A DNA stretch of 64,000 nucleotides from Bacteroidales bacterium (lineage in GTDB: Bacteria > Bacteroidota > Bacteroidia > Bacteroidales > G3-4614), in NCBI GenBank assembly GCA_017935575.1, contig JAGBHI010000003.1, positions 5,869 to 69,868 on the forward strand, read 5' to 3'. Under the pieces are notes generated by a model, which was given only the letters and a program-made list of their open reading frames with translations, did not search any database and had not been told where the DNA came from. Of the stretch, positions 26,980-35,071 are shown piece by piece; position 1 is the stretch's first letter; each line of letters starts with the position of its first letter. A program made the translations under genes and the position numbers.

Positions 26980-29118
26980 GTGAAGAGAATAATATTTTTT
27001 ATTTCGGTTTTATTTGCTGTCTCATTTTTTGAAGTTTCTGCAAATCCTATTATTGGATTATTGGAAAGAATAGATAAGGGAACTTCAAATAAATTTGAGA
27101 TTGAAATAGATGATAGCGACAAAGATTTTTTTGAGTTAAGTTCAAGAAACCGTAAAATTGTTGTTAAAGGGAACAATTACCTCTCTGTTGCTACCGGAAT
27201 TAATTGGTATTTAAAGTATTATGCAGGGATCCACTTGTCGTGGAACAATATGAACAATACTCTACCCGACTCTCTTCCGATTATTGAAAAACCTATAAGA
27301 ATTGAGAGCAATGTAAAATATAGATACGACCTTAATTTTTGCACTTTTTCGTACTCAATGGCCTTTTGGGATTGGGAGCGCTGGGAACGTGAAATTGATT
27401 GGATGGCTCTACATGGCATAAACCTCTCTTTGGCAATAACAGGTAGTGAAAACGTTTGGGTTAATGTTCTTAAAAAACTTGGATATAGCGATAACGAAAT
27501 TAATGATTTTATTGCCGGTCCTGCATTCTCTGCTTGGTGGTTAATGAATAATCTTGAAGGTTGGGGAGGTAAAAATCACAAAAGATGGTATGAGAGACAA
27601 TCAGCTCTTCAACAACAGATAATCAAAAGAATGAAGGAGTTCGGCATTGAGCCTGTATTACCTGGATATTGCGGTATGATTCCGAGCAATGCTAAAGAGA
27701 AACTCAATATCAATGCTGTTAATACCGGTTTATGGTGCGGATATAAAAGACCTTTCTTTATTCTGCCTAATGATAGCAATTTTAATAAAATTGCAAAACT
27801 ATATTATCAAGAGCAAAGTAAACTTTACGGAGCTGCAAACTTCTATGCGATTGACCCCTTTCATGAGGGAGGAATGTGTGAAGGTATTGATATGAAACAA
27901 GCCGGCTTATCAATTATGAATGCAATGAAAAAAGCAAATAAGAATGCTATATGGGTGGCTCAAGGTTGGCAAGGCAATCCTAATAAAGAGATGATTGAGC
28001 CTTTAAAAAACGGCGATATGCTTATTTTGGATTTGCATAGCGAAAGTGCTCCTCAATGGCAACATTATGGCAAACATAATTGGGCATATTGCATGCTCCT
28101 TAATTTTGGTGCTAATGTTGGATTGCACGGTAAAATTGATGCTGTTATAAATGGTTTTTACGATATAAAAGATAACGCCAAAAGCAACTTGTTTCTAAAA
28201 GGTATTGGAATGACCCCGGAGGGGATTGAGAATAACCCTGTAATGTATGAGCTTATAACAGAACTTGCATGGAGAGAGAAGAGATTTAACAAGAACGAAT
28301 GGCTAACCAATTATGTAAAGGCAAGGTATGGAACATCTGACTCAACCTTAATTAAAGTGTGGCATATTTTAGGTAATAGTATCTATAATGCCCCTAAAGC
28401 AAATCGCCAACAAGGTTGCACTGAGTCAATATTTTGCGCAAGACCTGATTTAAATGCTAAAGATGTCTCAAAATGGGCAAATTCTGAAACATACTACAAT
28501 CAGTCTGATATTATTTATGCAGCTTCTCTCATGATTGATATTGCAGATAAATACATAGGAAACAATAATTTTGAATATGACCTTATTGATATTGCGAGAC
28601 AAGCTATTAGCGAAAAAGGTCGTATTGTTTTAAAAGAGATAAAGAGTGCATATGAGAACAACTCTTTTGATTTGTTTTCTCTTAAATGCGATACATTTCT
28701 AAACCTTATTTTAGCCCAAAATAGACTCTTGAGTTGTAGAAAAGAGTTTATGGTTGGAAATTGGATTAATTGTGCCAAGAAAATGGGAAAATCTCGCAAT
28801 GAGAAGACGCTGTACGAGTGGAATGCCAAAGTGCAAATTTCAACATGGGGCAACAGAACAGCCTCTGAAAATGGCGGATTAAGAGATTATGCCCATAAAG
28901 AATGGAATGGAATATTAAAAGATCTATATTACTACAGATGGAAAATCTATTTTGACGAGTTAAAGAGTGGTTTTAAGAATAAGGAATGTAAAACCTTTGA
29001 TTGGTATTCAATTGATGAAGAGTGGATAAATAAAAAAATGAGATATCCTGACAAACCCACTAACAATAGTTTAAAGATTATCAAAGATATCTCTCTATTA
29101 TTTTCTAATCTAAATTAG
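26980..29118 (+). CDS. Alpha-N-acetylglucosaminidase (NAGLU-like, GH89)
   Basis: 712 aa with a GTG start and a signal peptide. Typical NAGLU blocks are present (GINWYLKYY, YRYDLNFCTFSYSMAFWDWERWEREIDWMALHGINL, GPAFSAWWLMNNLEGWGG, DPFHEGG). Confidence 0.85.
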   Translation: MKRIIFFISVLFAVSFFEVSANPIIGLLERIDKGTSNKFEIEIDDSDKDFFELSSRNRKIVVKGNNYLSVATGINWYLKYYAGIHLSWNNMNNTLPDSLPIIEKPIRIESNVKYRYDLNFCTFSYSMAFWDWERWEREIDWMALHGINLSLAITGSENVWVNVLKKLGYSDNEINDFIAGPAFSAWWLMNNLEGWGGKNHKRWYERQSALQQQIIKRMKEFGIEPVLPGYCGMIPSNAKEKLNINAVNTGLWCGYKRPFFILPNDSNFNKIAKLYYQEQSKLYGAANFYAIDPFHEGGMCEGIDMKQAGLSIMNAMKKANKNAIWVAQGWQGNPNKEMIEPLKNGDMLILDLHSESAPQWQHYGKHNWAYCMLLNFGANVGLHGKIDAVINGFYDIKDNAKSNLFLKGIGMTPEGIENNPVMYELITELAWREKRFNKNEWLTNYVKARYGTSDSTLIKVWHILGNSIYNAPKANRQQGCTESIFCARPDLNAKDVSKWANSETYYNQSDIIYAASLMIDIADKYIGNNNFEYDLIDIARQAISEKGRIVLKEIKSAYENNSFDLFSLKCDTFLNLILAQNRLLSCRKEFMVGNWINCAKKMGKSRNEKTLYEWNAKVQISTWGNRTASENGGLRDYAHKEWNGILKDLYYYRWKIYFDELKSGFKNKECKTFDWYSIDEEWINKKMRYPDKPTNNSLKIIKDISLLFSNLN

Positions 29119-29124
29119 TAATTA

Positions 29125-29556
29125 TTATCTGCGAATATTTCTGTACTCCATAAATTTAGTATAACTACGAATGTAATCGTGTTCATCGTACGGCAATGAT
29201 GCCAATACAAGAGTTATAGCTCCTGATGAGAAGTTTTTTATCTCTCGCCAAATTCCAGGCTGAAGTAACAATCCATAATAGGGTCTGTTTAAAGTTATAG
29301 TTTTTCGCTCTTTACCATCATCAATAACCACATCAAAACTTCCACTGACCGCTACTAACATTTGTGCCAACTCTTTATGAGCATGACCTCCTCTATCAGT
29401 AGCTCCTGGAACGTCATAAATATAATATACCCTTTTTATTTCAAAACCCATATCCTTATTGCCTCCTTCAACTGCAGTAAGGTTTCCGTTTGGGCGATAA
29501 TGCTTTCCTAATTGAATTATCTTACAATCCGCAATACTATGTAGTTTCTTATTCAT
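29125..29556 (-). CDS. FdtA/QdtA-like dTDP-4-keto-6-deoxyhexose 3,4-ketoisomerase (WxcM-like cupin), copy with intact H-x-H
   Basis: 143 aa. RGGHAHKELAQMLVAVSGSF...LVLASLPYDEHDYIRSY aligns with the FdtA signature PRGFHAHKKLEQ...LASDYYDETDYIR. Confidence 0.8.
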   Translation of the reverse strand: MNKKLHSIADCKIIQLGKHYRPNGNLTAVEGGNKDMGFEIKRVYYIYDVPGATDRGGHAHKELAQMLVAVSGSFDVVIDDGKERKTITLNRPYYGLLLQPGIWREIKNFSSGAITLVLASLPYDEHDYIRSYTKFMEYRNIRR

Positions 29557-29962
29557 TACTATTTATATATTGTAGATATTCATTAAAATCTTCGATATAA
29601 TCTTCAGATGAGTAGTGTGTTGATGATAAAACCAACGCTACTGCATTTGTTGAGAAATTTTCTATCTTTCGCCATATTTTATTAGGAACATATACTCCTT
29701 GATATGAACGATTTAAAGAGAAAACCTTCTCTTCTTTACCATCATTAAGTATTATATCAAAACTACCTGATAATGCCACAATGAACTCATGCTGTTCTTT
29801 AAATGCATGCCCATAACGTTTCTCACCACCAGGTACGTCATATATCCAATATGCTCTTTCTATAGCAAATGGGATATGGGTAAACTCCTCTATAACTGAA
29901 AGATTACCTCTAAAATCTTCCTCTTTGGGAAGCATCACTATTTTTGCATCACTGAGAGCCAC
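29549..29962 (-). CDS. FdtA/WxcM-like cupin paralog with H-x-F in place of H-x-H
   Basis: 137 aa, roughly 40 percent identical by eye to the downstream copy. The catalytic-region motif reads RYGHAFKEQHE. Overlaps its paralog by 8 nt. Confidence 0.7.
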   Translation of the reverse strand: MALSDAKIVMLPKEEDFRGNLSVIEEFTHIPFAIERAYWIYDVPGGEKRYGHAFKEQHEFIVALSGSFDIILNDGKEEKVFSLNRSYQGVYVPNKIWRKIENFSTNAVALVLSSTHYSSEDYIEDFNEYLQYINSNE

Positions 29963-30843
29963 TACTTACTAAAATCTTTTACCAAATTTATCAAATATTG
30001 ACCATATTGATTTTTCTTCATAGGTTCCGCAATTGACAACAATTCTTTCGAGGTTATCCATCTATTGCGGTATGCTATCTCTTCAAGACAAGCCACTTTC
30101 AATCCTTGTCGTTTTTCTATAGTTCCTATGAAGTTTGAAGCATCAAAAAGAGAATCATGAGTTCCTGTATCAAGCCAGGCAAAACCTCGTCCTAAAAGAG
30201 ATATTTTAAGACCTTGCTCCTCTTTAAAAATATTATTTACAGAAGTTATCTCCAATTCTCCACGAGCTGAAGGTTTTATACTCTTTGCTATCTCCACTAC
30301 TTTATTTGGATAAAAATATAATCCTACTACTGCATAATTTGATTTTGGATTTTGTGGTTTCTCCTCAATTGATGTAACATTCATCTCTTCATCAAATGTG
30401 GCTACTCCATAACGTTCCGGATCATTTACCCAATATCCAAAAATTGTAGCTTCTCCATTATCAGCTTTCGCTACAGCCTCTTTAAGCATTCGTGAGAAAC
30501 TCTGTCCGTAAAATATATTATCTCCGAGAACCAAACATGCCGAATCGTTACCGATAAACTCCTCTCCAATTATAAATGCTTGTGCTAATCCATCTGGCGA
30601 TGGTTGCTCGGCATACGAAAATTTCACCCCAAACTGCGAACCATCTCCTAATAACCTTTCAAAACCCGGTAAGTCGGTAGGCGTAGAAATTATCAATATT
30701 TCTCGTATGCCTGCCAACATCAATACAGATATAGGATAATATATCATAGGTTTATCATATATTGGCAACATCTGTTTTGAGACTCCTTTTGTTATTGGAT
30801 ATAGTCTTGTGCCTGAACCACCTGCTAATACTATTCCTTTCAT
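29962..30843 (-). CDS. rfbA: Glucose-1-phosphate thymidylyltransferase
   Basis: 293 aa. [11 protein letters not shown] signature, with high similarity throughout to RmlA. Confidence 0.93.
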   Translation of the reverse strand: MKGIVLAGGSGTRLYPITKGVSKQMLPIYDKPMIYYPISVLMLAGIREILIISTPTDLPGFERLLGDGSQFGVKFSYAEQPSPDGLAQAFIIGEEFIGNDSACLVLGDNIFYGQSFSRMLKEAVAKADNGEATIFGYWVNDPERYGVATFDEEMNVTSIEEKPQNPKSNYAVVGLYFYPNKVVEIAKSIKPSARGELEITSVNNIFKEEQGLKISLLGRGFAWLDTGTHDSLFDASNFIGTIEKRQGLKVACLEEIAYRNRWITSKELLSIAEPMKKNQYGQYLINLVKDFSK

Positions 30844-30861
30844 AATTAGAGAATTTTTAAA

Positions 30862-32061
30862 TTATCTGTTATTATACATCTTTTCGTAATACTTCTGATA
30901 CTCTCCGCTTGCCACCTCTTCAACCCATGATTGGTTTTCTAAATTCCAACGTATGGTCTTTTCTATTCCTTCGGTAAATGGGGTCTCGGGATACCAACCT
31001 AACTCCTTCGCCGTTTTTGAGGGGTCTATAGCATAACGCATATCGTGTCCCAAACGATCGCCTACGTATGTTATAAGATCATAATTTATCATCTCAACAG
31101 GAACTTTTAACGCCGAGCGGTATGATGGCTCCTCTTGCATTAATCGTGCTATGGTATCTATTATAAGTTTTACGATATTTATATTTGTCTCTTCATTAAA
31201 TCCACCAATATTATAAACCTCTCCCTCTTTTCCGTTATTCAATACCATATCTATTGCCTTGGCATGATCCTCAACATATAACCAATCGCGAACATTTTCT
31301 CCTTTACCATATACAGGTAACTTTTTACCTTCTAAAATATTTTTAATAATTAGCGGAATCAATTTTTCGGGGAAATGATATGGCCCGTAATTATTTGAAC
31401 AACGTGTTATATTAACAGGCATCTTATATGTCTCATTGTATGCTTTTACTATCAAATCGGCACCGGTTTTCGAAGCAGAATATGGAGATCGTGGGTCTAA
31501 TGGTGTAGTTTCTGTAAAAAACTCTTTACCATAAGTTTTTAGATTTGTTCGTCCTTTCACAACTTGTTTCACTTGCTCATCATCTATTGATAATGGTTCC
31601 GGTGTCTCAAAATCTTTTGTCAATGAACCATAAACTTCGTCTGTTGAAACTTGAAGATATTTTTTACCCTCTTTATATGTTGGGTATCCTGCATTATCTT
31701 TTCCTGTAGCCCACGCATTTTTAGCACACTCTAACATGTTTTGTGTGCCTAATATATTTGTTGTCAAAAATAGTTGTGGGTTTGTTATACTTCTGTCAAC
31801 ATGTGATTCTGCAGCAAAATTTACAACATAATCTATATCATGTTTCTCAAAAATAGCAGATACAGCATCTCTATCGCAAATGTCTCCCAATACAAATTCA
31901 ACTCTTGAATCCTCTATTTCATTTTTTATAGTACCTAAATTACCTGCATATGTTAATTTATCAAGTATAACAATGAATATATCTTGATACTTTGACAACA
32001 TATATTTTACGAAATTTGCACCTATAAAGCCTGCTGCTCCTGTTACTAAATATTTCTTCAT
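30862..32061 (-). CDS. rfbB: dTDP-glucose 4,6-dehydratase (long form)
   Basis: TGAAGFIG Rossmann motif, catalytic YSASK and the SDR-extended pattern. At 399 aa it carries internal insertions relative to ~350-aa RmlB proteins. Confidence 0.9.
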   Translation of the reverse strand: MKKYLVTGAAGFIGANFVKYMLSKYQDIFIVILDKLTYAGNLGTIKNEIEDSRVEFVLGDICDRDAVSAIFEKHDIDYVVNFAAESHVDRSITNPQLFLTTNILGTQNMLECAKNAWATGKDNAGYPTYKEGKKYLQVSTDEVYGSLTKDFETPEPLSIDDEQVKQVVKGRTNLKTYGKEFFTETTPLDPRSPYSASKTGADLIVKAYNETYKMPVNITRCSNNYGPYHFPEKLIPLIIKNILEGKKLPVYGKGENVRDWLYVEDHAKAIDMVLNNGKEGEVYNIGGFNEETNINIVKLIIDTIARLMQEEPSYRSALKVPVEMINYDLITYVGDRLGHDMRYAIDPSKTAKELGWYPETPFTEGIEKTIRWNLENQSWVEEVASGEYQKYYEKMYNNR

Positions 32062-32078
32062 AATATAGATATTTTATG

Positions 32079-32086
32079 CGAAGATA
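32079..32086 (-). promoter_or_regulatory. Putative -7 box variant TATCTTCG for the rfbB operon
   Basis: The plus strand reads TGCGAAGATA at 32077-32086, 18 nt upstream of ATG 32061. Confidence 0.35.
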
Positions 32087-32120
32087 GTAATTATATTTTT
32101 TAATACAACAATAGATTTAC

Positions 32121-32152
32121 AAAAAAAGAGGATATGTTCAACATACCCTCTT
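32121..32152 (-). terminator. Intrinsic terminator ending the DUF3575 / poly-barrel operon
   Basis: The minus strand reads AGAGGGTATGTT-GAA-CATATCCTCT followed by T7. It lies 20 nt downstream of the stop at 32172. Confidence 0.75.
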
Positions 32153-32171
32153 ATCTTGCTATATAGTTTTA

Positions 32172-35069
32172 TTAAAATTTGAAGTCAAATCCTGCCAACA
32201 ACATGGCTGTTGCATCAAATCCTGCATTTGATTTATATCCGTCTATCTTATCGCCATAGAATACTCCGCGAGGCTCAACATAGAAGTTTACATGTTTGCT
32301 TAGCCTTACATTCGCTTTTAATCCAAATGCTGCTGTATATGTAGCTTTTGAGCCGATATTTGCTTCCTTGTCAATAGGTATTACAGCTCCTAAACCTGCA
32401 AAGAATAGTGCATCAAATATCTTATTAGGATTATAACCTGATGATAATGATGTTAAATTAAGCATATAATCAGCACGTGCCGATACTACTCCCATCGGTT
32501 CTCCTATATATTGATATGGTTTTCTTATATAGTTATATTCTCCATTTATTCTTAAACCATGTACAGAGTTAATCCAACGTCCGTATGCCAAACCTCCGGA
32601 ATAGGTCATCTTCTCTCCAAAACTTCCGCTTGTAAATTTAGACATCAATGTATTTCCGTATAATCCTAAACCTCCATACATTGATATAAAGTTTTTCTCT
32701 TCAATCTCAGTTGTTGCTCCTGATTTAATACGTTCAGACTGATTCATGGTATATGTCATACCTGCCAAAAGTGCAACATTTGTTTTCTGCTTGCTAACCC
32801 CATCAAATTTATTCAAATATACTGCAACTTGTGGCTCAATATACAAACCAACCTTGGGTGATATATTAAACATTCCTTGAAGACTTCCTTTTACTCCGGG
32901 AATAAATCTTCTATCGTGATTTACTATTGAAAATCCTGCATGGACTCCGGCATTGATATTTAAATCAAATAAACGATATGGCTTATAACCTAATGCAGCG
33001 TCCATAAAGCTGAACATTACATCAGCTTCTAATCCTCCATGTGTTATATCTTTTTCGTTTGTCGCGCCATTCAACTTTTCAGCCATTGCACTTACTCTCC
33101 AACCTAAGACAGGAGTTTCCCAACAACCAATTGACAAACGTCCTAATGGACCTACGCGGAATTTTGTATTATCCCACAATCTGTTATCAAGATTTCCTGA
33201 TGCTCCAAGTGCAAATGAGAAGAATAATCGTTTACCTTCGTCCCCTTTAAATATTTGATATGATGCTGCATCGTAACCTCTCATTTTATAGGTTGTTCCG
33301 ATGTTTGCTGTCATTAAGATTGTCTTACGTGTTATAATGGTATTTGTAAAGACACTACGAGAGGGTGACCATATTGCATGTGGCTCTACATATACACTCC
33401 AATTCTTTTGTAAATTGAAGTTCCCTTTGAAGAATGCTTGAAATGCAGGATAGAATGTTGAGTGATGATATATAGCAGATGCTCCTATACCTCCTATTAA
33501 TTCAAATAATCTGTCTTCGCGATATCCACATACGACATTAGTCATGTTTAGTAGATAATCAACACCAAATGTCAATGTTCTTGCACGATATGGCTCTTCC
33601 GATTCAAGTCTCGGATTTCTTGTTCCGTACAATAATGAACCTCCTGAGAATTGAATACCGGAATTTTTAGTAAACCATTTTCCAACACCTATATTAAAGC
33701 GATAAGCAAGTGCATCACCTCCTTTTAAACCTTGATCATAACGTTCAATTAATCCTCCCATACCTGCTGATGCAGATACAAACATGTGGTCAGCTCTTGA
33801 TTTCTGAATAAATTGGTCATTATCTTTTCGATACTCTTCATCGTTACTATGATAAGTTACACCAAATAATACTGAAGCAACTCCATCAAAACGATTCTCT
33901 TGTCCGTGAGTATATGTCTTATTATAGAATGATATTCGGGGCTCCATAAACATATCTATGGTTGGAGATACGCGGAATGCTCCTTGTAATCCTATACCCA
34001 AACCTCCTGCTGCCTTCCAAGATGTATCGTTATATTTTGTAGCAGCAAGTTCTAATCCGAATGTTCCTATAAATTTAAATATTCTCTTCTCATTATAGCC
34101 TCCAAAAAGATTACTATAATTTACCAAATAATCAATTCTACCGACGGTATTAATAAGTTTTGTTGCTTCTGAAACTCCATCTTCAGAATAGTAAGGAGAA
34201 AATCCTGCTAAGGCAGAAAATCTTACACCTTGTATAGGCGTAAACCAACCTCCAAAACCTAACATTCCTTCAAAACCGGCATAATTTCGGTCTTTAATAT
34301 CAAACAAACGAGAAGTTATGCGTTGCAGACCAAATGCTCCTGTAAAGAATACATTATCTTTAAAAGAAGAACTTCCATAATCTGTTGTACGACGTTTTGA
34401 CTCAGGAACCATCTTATAGGTCATACCCACAGTCACCTCAGGCAATAAGTCAAATTTGCGCTCTTGCCATTTTTCACCCTCATTATAACCATCATTTGCC
34501 AATGTTACTTTTGGCTCTATATATACTGCCATAAGAGGTGATACATTGAAACTTCCTTGAAAACCTAAAGCACCTCCTATTAGATTTGTGCCAAAGCCAT
34601 AACGATATGAACGTTTGTATGTTAATCCTGCAATACCATAAAATTCAAATAATCTGTCCGGATTATATCCTCTGGCAAACGCACTTAAATTAGCCATATA
34701 ATCAAGGTTAAAGCCAAAAAGAGCATGAGTTTTGGTTCCTCTATCATAAAGATATGACATATCTATACCAAACCTGGCTCCGATAACCGGTGTAAACCAT
34801 TTTCCGAATGAATATCTTATAACAGGACCTCTTTCTGTTCCGGGTTGATTATTCAAAAAGTTAAATTGTGCTCCGGCACCCAAACTCACAAATGTATGAT
34901 CCATAAACTTTGGATTATCAAACTTCTCAAGGGGTGGACGCTTTTGTAAGCGATAATCTAAAGCATTAAATTGTGCATATGCTTCTGAGATTGCGATAGA
35001 GAATATCACAATCATCACACATATAAAACGCACACTTGTTATTTTAATATTTGTATATATCTTTTCCAT
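32172..35069 (-). CDS. Outer-membrane protein made of five tandem OmpA-N-like beta-barrel modules
   Basis: 965 aa with a signal peptide (…IAISEAYA/Q). Five ~165-175-aa modules share the same ordered landmarks (see finding). The C-terminus ends FDFKF, an aromatic-terminal OMP signature. Confidence 0.7.
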   Translation of the reverse strand: MEKIYTNIKITSVRFICVMIVIFSIAISEAYAQFNALDYRLQKRPPLEKFDNPKFMDHTFVSLGAGAQFNFLNNQPGTERGPVIRYSFGKWFTPVIGARFGIDMSYLYDRGTKTHALFGFNLDYMANLSAFARGYNPDRLFEFYGIAGLTYKRSYRYGFGTNLIGGALGFQGSFNVSPLMAVYIEPKVTLANDGYNEGEKWQERKFDLLPEVTVGMTYKMVPESKRRTTDYGSSSFKDNVFFTGAFGLQRITSRLFDIKDRNYAGFEGMLGFGGWFTPIQGVRFSALAGFSPYYSEDGVSEATKLINTVGRIDYLVNYSNLFGGYNEKRIFKFIGTFGLELAATKYNDTSWKAAGGLGIGLQGAFRVSPTIDMFMEPRISFYNKTYTHGQENRFDGVASVLFGVTYHSNDEEYRKDNDQFIQKSRADHMFVSASAGMGGLIERYDQGLKGGDALAYRFNIGVGKWFTKNSGIQFSGGSLLYGTRNPRLESEEPYRARTLTFGVDYLLNMTNVVCGYREDRLFELIGGIGASAIYHHSTFYPAFQAFFKGNFNLQKNWSVYVEPHAIWSPSRSVFTNTIITRKTILMTANIGTTYKMRGYDAASYQIFKGDEGKRLFFSFALGASGNLDNRLWDNTKFRVGPLGRLSIGCWETPVLGWRVSAMAEKLNGATNEKDITHGGLEADVMFSFMDAALGYKPYRLFDLNINAGVHAGFSIVNHDRRFIPGVKGSLQGMFNISPKVGLYIEPQVAVYLNKFDGVSKQKTNVALLAGMTYTMNQSERIKSGATTEIEEKNFISMYGGLGLYGNTLMSKFTSGSFGEKMTYSGGLAYGRWINSVHGLRINGEYNYIRKPYQYIGEPMGVVSARADYMLNLTSLSSGYNPNKIFDALFFAGLGAVIPIDKEANIGSKATYTAAFGLKANVRLSKHVNFYVEPRGVFYGDKIDGYKSNAGFDATAMLLAGFDFKF

Positions 35070-35071
35070 CG

